Positions 37,401-50,929 of a stretch of 64,000 nt of DNA are shown piece by piece; the stretch's first letter is position 1, and each line of letters begins with the position of its first letter. Source of the stretch: Callorhinchus milii (Eukaryota); NCBI RefSeq assembly GCF_018977255.1, contig NW_024704743.1, forward strand, positions 90,212,001-90,276,000. The letters are read 5' to 3'. The notes under the pieces were generated by a model. The model did not search any database. It had not been told where the DNA came from and saw only the letters and a program-made list of their open reading frames with translations. The position numbers and the translations under genes are program-made.

Positions 37401-38119
37401 GCCTTCTGGTCTGTAGGGCGTAGTGCTTCAAGGTTAAAAGGGCTTCAGGCCCTATCTGAAACATACAAAAATGTTTTTTTGCCACAGAGCATCAATTTGA
37501 TTCTAATATTCTATTGCCAAGCACACTACGTTGGAACAAACTCAGCTCCAAAGAAACCTCACTTAGTTTGCACTTGTTCTCTCCACATGGAGAGATCCTG
37601 AATACAGCCAACACGCCTCAGAAGATTACTCTTTTTTTAAAAAAAAATGGTATAATTTTGGAGAGGTAATGAGTGCAGAAGAAAATAATTCAGTCAGAAT
37701 GAGATTTCACTGAAACTGGTTCCAAGAACATATTAAGTGTGCCAATGAACAGTGTTGTACTGCTTGAGTGGTCCATGTCGCACATATGTTGCAGCTCTCC
37801 AAGTACTATTCTTCTCCATTTAACCAGCCTCACAAATTTGTCTTTTGAGCACTCAGAAATAACGATTGCAATTTTAAAAGTATAATTTTACCTTCTATCC
37901 TAATATCATGCTACTCATACTTATTAAAATTGCATTAGCATTATTTATAAGTGCATAGGGAGAAATTGGAAAACCTTAATGAACAGAGGAGAATAGCTTT
38001 TAGTTGAAAGCAACAAATGTGTTAAGTGCCATAAATACAGCAGAATAATCCTTTAAGTGTTGGTAAGCGATTGTGTATCTCAGGTTTCAATCATTTTAGT
38101 CACTCAAATTCATGTTGAA

Positions 38120-38695
38120 GCGGACGGCATAGAATGTAAAAGCATGGAGATACGTAGTACTCAATATATTATAAACTAGTTGGTTTGAGTACTGTGTACA
38201 GTTTTAGGCACTCAATTAATAATTTTTAAAATCCTTCCATTTGATATATTCCTTTCAAGTCTGGTGTATTTCTCAAAAAGTTTCACAGGATTTACTGTAA
38301 AGTGTAGTAATTGTATTTTCTAGGTAATAGGAAGGATATAAAAGCAACGGAGCAGTTGTAGCACAGATTCACTAGGGATGAGAGGTTTCAGTTATGAAGA
38401 AAAATTTTAGGTCAGCTTTTTCCGCTGGAGGCAGAGAAGGTTAAAATTGACACGAAGATTGAGGGTGACTTCATTAAAAATATGAAGGGTTACTGGTAGG
38501 GAAGAGAGAAATAGATTTTTTCCATTGATCGATGAATTAATAACATAAGGGTACAAATTTAAGCTATTAGCAAAAGCAATTAAAGGAGAGAAGAAAAATG
38601 TGTTAACATATTTACACTTTTGCTTGGAATATGGATTTTTTGCTAGAATCCACTGTTGAAGTAGAGGCAATAGATCTAAAAAGGGAATTAGATAA
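38120..38695 (+). mobile_element. CR1 3' fragment with a small SINE/L2 tail inserted (~38220-38325)
   Basis: tgagtactgtgtacagttttagg (EYCVQF), gggatgagaggtttcagttatgaagaaa, ctggaggcagagaaggttaa. Confidence 0.7.
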
Positions 38696-39029
38696 TAATA
38701 ATAATCTTTGCATTTGATACAGTGCCTTATTATGTTATTGAGACGTCTTAAAGTACTTCATAGAAGATACTGTAAAGTGGAGAGACAGTGGTGCTTGGAA
38801 AACAGTAAACCTATCGGTCAGGACAGTGGATTAAATCAACTGCTCATTTGAAAAAAAACATTGTAAACTTGATTGGCCTCTATATATGTACTGTAATGCT
38901 CCAGGGTGGAAATCTGCAACAATTGATAGCAAATTTAACAAGTTAATGATTCAGTGAAAATGCTGCTGTACAAGGTTTGAGTATTGAATCAAAAATGGTA
39001 ACAGGCTAAAAAAAAATGATTTAGAGGAG

Positions 39030-39410
39030 CTTCCTTTAAAGGCTCAGTGTGTAAATGCACCACTTGATATGGTACAGAATGAAAACAAGTTCAATCTCTG
39101 GCCTGCACCAGGTTATCTAATCTCAATTCGGTCACAATTTAAGTAGCAGCGGAAATGCTACAATTAACTTCAAAATCCTTTGGCTAAAGAAGGGAAATCA
39201 GCTTGAGTTCGCATTGTGATCATTCTTCACTTTACAGTAAATCCTCAGTACATTTGTTATTATAATGTTGTACATGTGCAAATATGGATGTGAAAGTCCA
39301 GGACCAGGTTTAGATTTTGATTCTCCACCCCCCGCCACACTCCCCGCCCCTCAGACAAATAGCCTGGAGGACTGCTGACAACCCTGGAACCTTAACCCAG
39401 CCTTCAGTAC
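39030..39410 (+). mobile_element. Old tRNA-headed SINE-like element, third family, copy 3
   Basis: ggctcagtgtgtaaatgcacc head, aagttcaatctct B-box remnant, gctacaatt..., caaatagcctg. Confidence 0.55.
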
Positions 39411-40807
39411 ATCTGAGGAGGAGTTTAACTAAACTGTTGCGAGCCTATAGTATTCCATCTCGTACCATTTAAGGTTTCATCCATTACAAAAGAAGAAAAG
39501 AGGGAAAGAAAATAGCAACTGGTGTCATCATTAATATCTCCTCAATTTTCAGTGTTGATAGTTGATAAGATGAACACAGGAACATGAGCATTGGTACCTC
39601 CAATTCACCCCCTCCCTCCCTTTCCAATTTCAAAACTCGCCTCAATACTTACCTCTTTGACCCTGCTTTAGGTCATCTTTGCCCTCTTTAGACCCCATCC
39701 CAGCTACAACCCAAGACAGCTGTGTGAGACCCTTTGAGATGTCCTCCTGATGTGAAAGGGACCACATAAATGTAAATTATATTGTGACTGCAATTGTAAT
39801 TTAGAGGTGAATTAATTACGGAGATATTTGGAAATTTGTGCACATAGCTAGTGATACAATTCGACTCAATACATTTGTTATCACAACGCTAAAAATGTAA
39901 CTTGAAGTGAACAAAGTACCCAAATTAGGGAAAGGAAAAACAAGAGGGGATCCCTCAAGATAACCCGAGACCATTGCTAGAACATGTGTGTATGAGGCCA
40001 TCAGAGAAGACAAGATCAGGCTCAGCTGCAACACCCTGTGAATTCAGGAATCTGGCAATATGCACACTTGAAGTCCAAAAATTAACACAAAAGAATCCTG
40101 AAATTAGCATCTGGCTTTCCCGGTACCTATGCTTTTCATGTTTATGCTCAGTCGGTTCTCATACAGAATGCCTGGGAGGACAGTAAAGGTGGACAAGCAA
40201 AATAGACTGTAGATAACAAACACAAGACTGGGGATAGTTTCTATGCCAAACATTAACTACATTAACTTAAAGGTTCAAGAATGACCACTAAAACTACCAG
40301 GTCAGGGAAGGGGTGGGGGTGGAAGAGAATGGCATCCATTGAATTTGAATCATATGAGGTGGAAAAAAGAACAAGGGAGAAAGAGGAGAGGAGTAAACTG
40401 TGTGACAAGAAGAACAGAAAAAAAACTTGCACTGAATCTCATATAGCTCTTGTCTCTTCACTACTGTTAATGAAATAGCTGCAGTGCTAACAGAGATGAC
40501 AAGATCTTCTTTGCAAACCACATGAGAAACCTAAACTCGCAGGAACTCTTAACTTATTTTAAATCATTTTTAAATTTTATTTTAAAATATATTTTCCCTC
40601 ATGTCACCTCAGGTACTCACCATAAACTGGAATGGGTCAAAACACATTACAGACAAATGCCTCGAAGTCTGTACTTATTATAAATTCCATCACCAGCCAA
40701 GTGAAAGGGCTGTATGCAATAAGCTTTACACACAGAGGTAAGAATGTTACTCACATTGAGAATATTTAACATCCTTTGCTCTGAAATATGAGATTGTAAT
40801 TACTTAC

Positions 40808-40836
40808 CAGTCATAGTTACAGACACAAGGATGCAT
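40808..40836 (-). CDS. RIMS2: Candidate alternative first coding exon of RIMS2 (MHPCVCNYD-W)
   Basis: cacgcgccATG CAT CCT TGT GTC TGT AAC TAT GAC TG|GTAAGT: Kozak-like gccATG, in-frame TAG upstream, consensus donor, phase 2 matching the acceptor at 27478; lies in repeat-free sequence. Confidence 0.55.
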
Positions 40837-42092
40837 GGCGCGTGGTGTTTGATTGTAACAAAGCAACTACAACAAGAAGTCAAGTTTTCTTCACTTCTGC
40901 TCTCCTGTGACCTCTGCTCTTTCCCAGCAAAGATTTTACACATCGACTGCGGAATCAGCCAACATCTCACGCTCTCAAAGATTTGGAGGTGTGTCTGATT
41001 CCAATTTTGTAATTCTACCAGGTTAGGTCATATGTGGCACATGGACCGAACTGGAATAATATGGTGGCAGAGACTAATAATCAGCCATTCCTGTAACTGA
41101 TCACTCCTGAGCACAGCTGACACAAGAGCAACTCATCATCTTTGTTCTCCAGTTAGTCAATCACCAGGTTACATGACAGATCATGTGTGCAAAGTCACCT
41201 TCAGGTGACCTGAAATTAGCAACTGGTGCTCACCTTTTTCATACCTTTATGAGGAGGGTCTTCTCATACAGAACGTACAACAATTCTGAGGGGTTTTAAT
41301 ATCATCGATGGGTGAAAACAGATTTCCACTGGTCGGTAAATCAGTGGTTAGAAAGCATCAGTTTAAAATGGTTAGCAACAACAATAACAAAATTACATTT
41401 GTAAAGCAAGGCAGGAAACGGAGAGATTATGCAGATCTGTTTTTCTATGTAGAGTTGTTAGGATGTAGAATGATCCATATTAGCAGGATCCATATTACCT
41501 TTCAAGAGTGAATTAGATAAATAGCTAAACTGAGGTAATTTTATGAGTATGAGGGAAAATAATAAATAATAAAACTCCTTATAATTAATATAGTGCCTTT
41601 CACGTCAGATGGATGTTTCAAAATGCCTCACAGGATTTACTGTAAAGAGTAGCGGGTGTATTTTGTAAGTGAAGGGCACACAAATAGGACTGAATGGTTG
41701 CTTTTCCAAAGCGGAAGCACAGACATGATGGGACAAAATACCTTTTTCTACGCTGCAAATTTTCATGGTTCATTGGTTCTATGGAATGCAAATACAGCAG
41801 AGACTGGTAAGCAAAATAGACCCCGGATAGCAAAAACAAGAGTAATGATAGCTGCAATGCCAGCCCTGTGTGTTGTTAATGCAACACATGGGAACATTAA
41901 AAACGGCTATAAGCATGGATGGTTAAGAAAGCCTGTTTTGAGAGACTGGAATACTTAGGATGTGATCCTGCTTCAGCATTTGCTTACAGCTATTCTTGGA
42001 AGTTATTTATGATGGATTTGTGAAGTGTTTTGCATTGGAATCACTTTGAAAATACTGTGGCCAGAATGAACTATCTGACATCCTCTTTGGGT

Positions 42093-42562
42093 AACAACAA
42101 CAACAACAACAAGATTGCATTTATAGAGCGCCTTTCACGTCGGAAGGCCATCCCAAGGTGCTGGACAGTTGGGTCAGGACCCGAGCAGGGGGGAAATGGT
42201 GAGGGGAGGGAAGGGAGGGAGCGAGGAGGGATTAGAGAGTCGAGAGGGGAGCTGAAGGCTCAGTCAAAGAGAAAGGTCTTGAGACCGGCCTTGAAGGAGG
42301 AAAGGGAGGAAGCGGCGAAGGCACTGGGGGATGGAGTTCCAGAGCCTAGGGGCTGAGAGGCTGAAGGCCCGGCCACCAATGGCAGGGTGGGTGGGGCGGG
42401 GGATGTGGAGCAGACCGGAGCCAGAGGAACGGAGGGTACGGGCAGGTAAGTAGGGGGATAGTAGGTCGGAGAGGTAGGAAGGAGCAAGACCGTGAATGGC
42501 CTTGTAGGTGAGGATGAGGACCTTGAATTCGATCCTCTGGAGGATGGGGAGCCAGTGGAGCA
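42093..42562 (-). mobile_element. Young L2 3' fragment, subfamily A
   Basis: Open ORF2 end LHWLPILQRIEFKVLILTYKAIHGLAPSYLSDLL...GGRAFSLSAPRLWNSIP; (CAA)n tail at 42093. Confidence 0.95.
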
Positions 42563-43989
42563 AAAGCAGAGGCGAAAGCAGAGGTCAATATATTTTGTTA
42601 TTTATAGACATTTTTCTTTTTAAACATTTTGTTTTTCTTTTTAGAAAAAAGACAGATGTCTGAATTTGTTCCACAACATGTTTTGTTAGTAAAAGTAACT
42701 CAGCGAGATTAATCATGAGGAAGTGATTTAACACGGCAAGAGAAGCGACCAGAAAACCAATCTGTGCAGTTTTCCCTGACCAGTCAACTAGTAAATTCAC
42801 TGCCCAAAATATTGAACCTGACCCACAGGGATTTGGGATTTCATATGGTTGATCACTGCTTTGTGCTTTACCAGTTTCTCTCACTAAAGTGGAGGAAAGC
42901 TTCTGTAACTGACTTCTGCGTGCTTCAGAAATGAAGAAGAAACGCGGAGTCTAAGTGTCGCATGTTAAATCAACTCGAAGCAAGGTTCCACAACTGTCAT
43001 GAGGTCATTCTGAAGGATTATTAGCCAAGACACCAGGAGGAGGAACGCGCTTCTCTTTTCAAGACGTGCCATGGGACCTGAAGAGAGGTAGTCAGCACCG
43101 GGATTTAGTATCTCCTGGGCTTAACACTTCCCTAGCAGATTTAAATTGGCAATAATTCCTGAGATCCCTAAGTGATATTTAATGACCTCTGTTGGAAAAG
43201 TACTTTTTTACATAAATCAGGTAATGTTAGGAACAGTTGTCAGGCCATCCACAGTTAAATGGTCTTCAGCACCATGTGAAAAAGGGTCACCATTGGGGCA
43301 AACGACCGAGGGGACTGTATCTCAGCAAAGTCAATACTTTCAGGAGAGGAAAGGGTGGGGTGGAAAAGTACCCATCTAGATCAACAGCAACAACAACAGC
43401 TTGCATTTATATAGTGCCCTTCACACGGGATAGCATCCCGGAGGGGATTTATCTAAGATAATATGAGCACTCCTCACCCAATTCGCTCTGATAACTGAGT
43501 GCTCATTTACAGTAAGTTCCTGATAAAGTTTGATAAAGAACTTACTCTGAAGAATGTTTATCAAGCAAACATGGCTTTTGACTTTCCATTTTAAGAACTT
43601 CAAAAGTTGCTTCCTCAGCAAGCAGTCATGGGGAGGAGGGGGAGAGGGTTAAGGCGGTAAATAAAGTGAGTATGATTATTATTATTATTATCTGTAATAA
43701 TTATGGGCAACACATCTCAGCATGAAATGCGTGAGAGCAAAAATTGTTAATTGTGAAAGGACTGCAAAAATTGTTAATACACTCAAATGAGATTGGGTGT
43801 AATACATTTTGCATTTCTTCACCAGACATGGCCCAAAAATAATTCAAAAATTAATGTTTAAGTTAAGATCAGTTTCAACAACTACCACATTTTATAAAAT
43901 CAAATGAATGAATGAATTCTAGATGGGCTGGAAGAAGAAAAAAATTCTCCAAAAGTCAAAAAGTTCATTCCCAAATTGGTCATTAAAAA

Positions 43990-44545
43990 TAGGTGTAAAG
44001 ATCCACCCACCACGCTGAAGGCAGATGCCCGTCAGAGAGCTCATGAGGAAACTCTGAGACTTGGGGAGACAGCTACTGGAAGGCGTTACGTGGTATCCAA
44101 GTTTGTGAACACATGTTCGTACGTCCAGCGCCTAGAATCCATCTTGATTGGCCCTCAGAGAGACAAGCAACTGCTGCTTAAACTCTGCACCTCCAATTGG
44201 TGGAACTATTGCTCAATGGGAAGGGAGGTTTGCCCGAGCTGTGGACAGGAAAACAGTGGCAATGCTCTCACCCATTTCATGCTGAGATGTGTTGCCCACC
44301 AGGACACTCGCAGGGAATTCCTTGTACCTATCATTCACCAGGTCAGGGTTCCAACCTGCACTTGTCGGATGTCGAATGACCAACTAGTGACTATCCTCCT
44401 TGGGTGGGAAGGTAAGTGGGTTCTCCTTGGAGCTGAACTGGCTCCAAGGTGACATGCCTGGCAATGGAATATCAGAATCGAGCCAGCCCTCAGCGGTGGT
44501 TTTGGTAGTCCAGTTCCTGAGACAGGCAGGTCTGCTTTGCTCTTA
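43990..44545 (+). mobile_element. Non-LTR retrotransposon ORF C-terminus with CCHC zinc knuckle
   Basis: KLCTSNWW..REVCPSCGQENSGNALTHFMLRCVAHQDTRREFLVP; knuckle at 44231-44290; homologous to 35770-36140 (-). Confidence 0.78.
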
Positions 44546-45419
44546 AAGATATCTATTGCAAAAGGATGCAAAGATTCTTATAAAGTTTGAGATTGCTAAA
44601 ATGCATAGAATGAAATTATCTCTAGATCTAAGTTAATAGTGGAAAAACAAACTTTGACCTCCTATGTGTGAAATAGATTGTCTTGTTCTCTATTCAAATT
44701 GACCTAATGTCTCCACTGTTTGATTCACTGCCATTAATGCTGTCCACCATTCTCCTAACCAATTCCAATCGTTATTCTTAATCCAGAGTTCCATTCGTAT
44801 ATTTGGCTGGAAAAATCTTGGAACCAGAGGGAAGAGACACTGCTGCAGGATATCACAGCATTCCGAGTCTCAGGATTAACTAGTCAGGAAAACCATATGC
44901 CATATTTAGGTTTGACAAGACAAGATTAGCTATCGGTTATTTGACACAAGCCTGCAGAGGCAATTTCCAAACAGGAAATAAATGTGATGTTATCCACTGC
45001 TGAAAATTGTATGTTGCTTGAAAACTCAGACTATAGTCATAACATTAATAATCCTTGCATTTTTTTTAGTGCCTGTATTACTGAAACATCTAAAAATGCT
45101 TTATAGGTCATTTCTATCAAGTGCAGTAATTATTTTTGTAGACAAACATGGCAGCCAGTGTGTGCCCAGCCAGGTACTACAAACAGCCATGAACTGAATG
45201 ATCAATGTATCTGAAAGAGTGTTGCCTAGGTCAGAAAGCATCTTTTTACTCTTCATATTATGTCATAATTCTCTGTACAATGGTAAAGAATCAAAAAAGG
45301 ATATTTTTTAAAAACAAAACACAACAAATTGATGATGAGACTGAGACAGTAACTTGCGATGTTTCTAAACCATCTGATCTTCACTGATACAGTCTGGGTC
45401 AAAATAATACCATTGAATT

Positions 45420-45880
45420 ACAACAACAACAAAATTACATTTGTAATGCGCCTTTCATGTTGGGAGGACGTCCCAAGGCACTGTGCAGATAGAGCTACTG
45501 ACCCGAGCTGGGAGTCGGGGTGGGGACGGGTGGAGAACAGGAGGGGAAGCAGGGAGACCGAAACCACAGTCAAAGAGGAAGGTCGTGAGATGGGTCTTCA
45601 AGGTGGTAAGGGAGGGGGCGAGACAGAGGGACTGCGGGATGGTGTTCCAGAGGGTGGGGGCAGAGTGGCAGAAGGTCTACCCATGAATAGTGGGGTGAGC
45701 AAGGCGGGGGATGTAAAGCAGGCCGAAGCCCGCTGAGCAGAGGGAGGGAAAAGGGTGGTTAGGAGGTCGCAGAGGTAGGGGGAGCAAGACCGTGGAGGGC
45801 TTTGAAGGTGAGGACCAGGATCTTGAACTGTATCCTCTGTGTGATGGGAAGCCGGTGGAGTTGGGCAAGGATGGGGGTGA
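45420..45880 (-). mobile_element. L2 3' fragment
   Basis: (CAA)n tail, cctttcatgttgggaggacgtcccaagg, decayed QRIQFKILVLTFKALHGLAP. Confidence 0.88.
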
Positions 45881-48119
45881 TAGCATTACTACCTCACAAA
45901 TACACGTTTATGTTAAAAAACAAAAATGCTGAAAATCCAGAAAAGGTCAACAATTATCTTAAAGAGAAAGACAGCTTAACATTTTATGTTTGACTCTTCA
46001 TCAGTACCGAAAAGGGAAGCTGCAGGAATTCAATTCTAACAAAATATTAGGTGCTGAATTGACCTGCTATGGAATTGCAGCATTTATAGTTTTAGTTCAG
46101 ATTTCCGTCAGCTGCGTTTTTTCTCTTTAAAGGCAGAGTGGCGCTCTGGATATCAGGCTGGGTCCAACCAAGGTCTGATCCAGCAACACTCAACTACCAA
46201 AGCAAGAAAGCAGAGCAGACAAATGGCATGACGATTCACAAGTAGTTACCACCCATAACTCAAGACTCCACACCCGTAACTCCACTAGTGCACAGATGCG
46301 GGAGATGCTTGCAAGGAACTGCATGAGCAGGACAATTCTGCTCATTACTTGTTACTGGTGAGAGATTGGTTTTGCTCTATGGGATGACTGCTCCTGATAA
46401 AATATCATGTGCATCTTTAGATGAATTCTGAAACATTGCACTGTGCTGCCAACCATTAAGGATTGTTGCACAAGTTGAAAATCAAATGCGGTAAGTCACA
46501 TATGAAATATTGATCCTTTAGGCAATTCAATCATCAGCCATGCACATAGAATTACATAGGTCTACAAATGTGTCTTTAAAAAGTGCAAGATTTGCTTTCA
46601 ACGAAAAAAATTACACATTAGTATGTATATGTTATCAGTCTGACAACAATTCTCTAGATTGCTACAAAAATTAATACTCTATGAAAAACAGAAGTCAACG
46701 TTTGAAGAGATGCATTTTAGGCACAATATTTTATCTTAACCGAAAAAGAATTGAAGCAAAAGAACAGCAGTGTCTGGCTGTTAAGTATATTGATGTTTCA
46801 TTAAATTGATGATGAATTTGGTTACACGAGATAACATTTCTGACAAGTTGCTCCAGTTACTTTATCTGAATCTCTTTTAGTGCCTCAATAGCATCGCTGT
46901 CATCTCCTTCTCATGTTGCACAAAGTGGATGTAGAAAACCCAGGGGGTGCCACCAGTAGACAATTCCAGTCGAATGGTGGATTCCAGGTGGAATTTAGGG
47001 CAAAGTCCACACTAGCCAAGCCAAAGACCTGCAGTTGACGTATTTAACAGATGTTAAAGTGTAGACTGAAACAGGACACTCACTGACATCACAATATCTA
47101 GTTTGGAATAAATATACTCCATCTCCTTTGCAACATTCATGAAGGGGCTTTAATTATTAACCAATGTTATTGTGTTACCGCTGATGTCACTTTTAACTCT
47201 AAACCTTCTTACAGGAACTCCGTTCGGTGTGACTTGCCCTATAAGGGGAAACTCAATAGCTTCCCATCAGATAAAATGTTGAGTTAAAATAAAGTGTGTG
47301 TAAATGCTATGCCAGTCAACAATATACTCTTCCAATGAAGACACCAGCAGTTTACCATCCTATTACAATAGGAACACTATGCTCACACCTTTGTGCTGGA
47401 TTGAGACATTTCTTCATGAATATCACTCTCAGATTGGAGTAGAGAATCTGAAGTCCATTCTACCTAAAATCTGACAGACAGACAGACCTGGTAAAAGTTA
47501 TTTTATGTATCACAGTATTTATATACACAAGGAACTGGACCCTTCAACTAGTATAATGAATCCTGGTGAAAATATACAATAAAATGAATAAATGACTGAC
47601 CTTTTACTGTCTCTGGAGTATTAAATCTTTCCAGACTATTTTGCAAAGCAGACAGTAACACTTGTATTTTCTAGTATGGACCTGAATGTCAATTTTATTT
47701 CAATTAAGAAGTTATAAAAGATAACTGTGCAAGTTCTTGAGCTTCTCCCCCTGTCCACCCCCCAAAGATCACATACACATTATACAGTATTATATATGAA
47801 AAGTATTAGCATATTTTGTAATTCTTCTAAACATTAACATCATCTTTTGCTAAATTCCACAAGCAAATTATAAAGATTCACAGTGGGCTACTGAAGCATT
47901 GATTCTCCAATGACCGATTCATAAGGATAGTTGGAAGAAGAAAACCCTTTGACCCACTTGATTTCATCGTTCCAGAAAAACCACCTTGCATTCCTCCCAT
48001 CACATTTTCTATATGGTCTGTTCCTTCAATAGTGTCACTCTGGATCACTCAATAAAGCTCTCAGCCCAAGGTTGTGATCTTTGTACTTTTTCTATCTCTG
48101 CCCTAGCAGAGATGTATGC

Positions 48120-48467
48120 CTACCACCCTGTTCGCTCCCTCCGCTTAGCGGGCTCCAGCCTGCTTTACGTTCCCTGCCTTGCTCGCCCCACTATTGGCGG
48201 GCAGGCCTCCGCCACTTTGCATCCACCTTCTGAAACTCTATCCCGCAGTCCCTCCATCTCACCCCTCCCTCGCCACCTTCAAGACCCACCTCAAGACCCT
48301 CCTCTTTGACCGTGCTTTCAAACTCCCTGCTTCTCTCCCCCCGCCCTCCCTGCTCCCCCACCCCAACCCTCAGCTCAGATCCGTAACTCTGTCTGTCCAG
48401 CACCTTGGGATGTCCTTCTGACGTGAAAGGCGCTATACAAATGTAATTTTGTTGTTCTTGTTGTTGT
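48120..48467 (+). mobile_element. L2 3' fragment
   Basis: PVRSLRLAGSSLLYVP..PTIGGQA; FKTHLKTLLFDRAF; (TTG)n-like tail. Confidence 0.88.
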
Positions 48468-48559
48468 ATACTCAAGGACTAGAATTTATCTTAGTAAATC
48501 ACTGCTGGGTTGTTCAGGTCTTGCCCATTCTACAGGATAATATGTTAGTGGTGTTTGAA

Positions 48560-49610
48560 ACAATGAAAGAGTTTAAGAGGATATATGGTGGGGAACTATT
48601 TTTGTGAATGGATGATTTGAAGACAAGCAGATATGAATTTAGAAATATAATTAGTAATGTGGGAGGAGATTTTGGGGAAAAAAAATTCTCCCAGCATCAG
48701 AATATGGAATGATTTGCCAAAGGTGGCTTTTGGAGCAGATTTGATTGAAGCTTTTAAAAGGAACTATATGAGCAAATATGGTAAAGGCTATTAAATGTGG
48801 AGGAGAAATGATAAATGGCTTAATTGGAGGAGCAAACACCAACACTAATACAATGAGTTTAATGGTCTCTTACAGTCTCCTAGATTTGTATGGTTGTATA
48901 ATAATCCTTGCATTTGACTGAGTGGCTTTCACTTCTGGAGGATGTCGCAAGGCACTTCACAGGATTTTACTGTTGAGTGAAGTGACGGTGTATTTTGTAG
49001 GCGAAAGTGACCCTATCCCACAATCAGCCATGAAGTGAATGACCAGTTTTATCTGGGGGTTTATCGTACCGGATACCAGAGAAAACTCCCTTCCCTTTTC
49101 AAGTAGTGCCATAAAAAGTATTGCATTTCTATTGTATGAGTATTTCTCTGAAAATACCTGATATGATAGCACAGATATAATGACAATAATAATCCTTGCA
49201 TTTGATATAGCACCTCATCACATTCTCAAGACATCTCAAAGTGCTTCATTGAATATATTGTAAATTGAATTGACTGTGTACTTTGTGGGTGAAACACGAC
49301 AAAGGTGGCTTTTGAAGCAGATTTGGTTGGAGCTTTTAAAAGGGAACTTATGGGCGAAATTTTCTAAATATTACAACGAACTGCACATATGCAATTATTA
49401 TTCACTGCAGGTGATTTCCAGAGATCGTGTAAAAATACTGGTTCCTTTTTCAAACTGGACTTCAAAACTCCATAACCTCTGTAAAAGAGGTTGTAGGCAG
49501 TGGAATGATAAATCAAGGTTTTTTTCACAAAACACACAGTAGCGATGTGGATTCCAGATGTGTAAGGGTTACAGGGTGAACAGAACGGTCAACTAGGTTT
49601 GAAATAATGG
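48560..49610. mobile_element. Patchwork of CR1 3' fragments (+) and SINE 3' fragments (-)
   Basis: CR1-like tggaatgatttgccaaagg and ttttcacaaaacacacagtagcgatgtgga; SINE tails aataatccttgcatttga at ~48900 and ~49190. Confidence 0.6.
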
Positions 49611-50358
49611 TTTCAGGAATCCAATTTTGTCTCTTTCACATGTCATCATGGGTAAGAACTGCTATGTCTATCAGCTGTAGAACAGTGCATGTTAAGCATT
49701 TTCTGAAAGATGAGTGCGTGGAAGGCTTGTTTTTCATGTTGGTTCTTCACACCCGCCCCAAGTTGACAAAGACAGTTCAGCTGTCTAGTTTCTTCTTTAA
49801 TATATATTCAATGTTCATGAAGCCTTCACTCCACAGGAAAGGATAGAAACATGACTAATCCAGTGCACTAATCCAATTTATATTATTATTAATAATAATA
49901 TATTTTACCATTCCTCGCCAGATCATGGCTAGAAAATAAATACAGTATTAACTAATAATTTAAGTTAAGAGCCATTTCCAGTCGCTACAATTTTGAAATA
50001 ATCCTTTCAAAAAACAAGATGGTGACATTTGATCTCAGACACAAACAGATGATGGGAACCACTCTTTAGGAGAAATGTACTGGCCCCTTGTGGACATTTA
50101 TATTGTTACAGACCAAATGATCACAAATTGTCTCCTTGTAATAATTAACACCAAAAAGTGCTGGGATAATCATCACATCAAGGGGGAGAAATTACATATG
50201 GGTCTAGATTTACGAATATTTTCTTAGCATTTTGGAGTGAATTTAATTGCAGCTTTGAAGCCGATTTTCTTTAGCTTCTAAAGGAACTGAGAAAAATAAT
50301 GGATTGAAAATTAAAACTATTTGTAAATTTGTCAAATTCTGGGCACTCTGAAATGGAG

Positions 50359-50708
50359 TAATAATAATAATCCTTGTATTTGATATAGCGCCTTATCACA
50401 TTTTCGAAACATCTCAAGTGCTTCACAGAATACACTGGAAAGTGAATTGACTGTATATTTTGTGGGTGAAACACCGCAGCCACTTATGCACAGCAGTGTC
50501 CCACAAACAGTCATCTATTTTTTTATTTTTTTTTGAAGCGGTTATTATTCTCGGAAACGCAATCTGCCAATCAACTAACAACCGGGTTCCTACTTACTGC
50601 TAGGTAAACAGAGGCATGCGCAGTAAGGAAACTTGCTCAATGGGGAATCAAATCCAGGACTCTCGCTCACGAGGCGAGTGCTCTAACCACTGAGCTTCAG
50701 GACTCCAC
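50359..50708 (-). mobile_element. tRNA-Ala-derived SINE, long variant
   Basis: Reverse complement of head (gtgctctaaccactgagcttcaggactcca) and of central segment (ccgggttcctacttactgctaggtaaacagagg). Confidence 0.9.
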
Positions 50709-50929
50709 TGAGCTACAAAACTTTGTACTTACTGTTTATAATTCTCCCATCAATATCAATTGGCATACATTAATTCTGTCTAAAAAAAAGTCAGTGTTAA
50801 TGAAGGCCATATTACTTTACGCAACAGTTTGTAATCTGTGCAATGCATATGTTGATACTCAGAAACATTGCAAATTGAAGTTAATTCACTGAATTATTGG
50901 TACATTTCAATATCGGCCCGAATCCAAGA

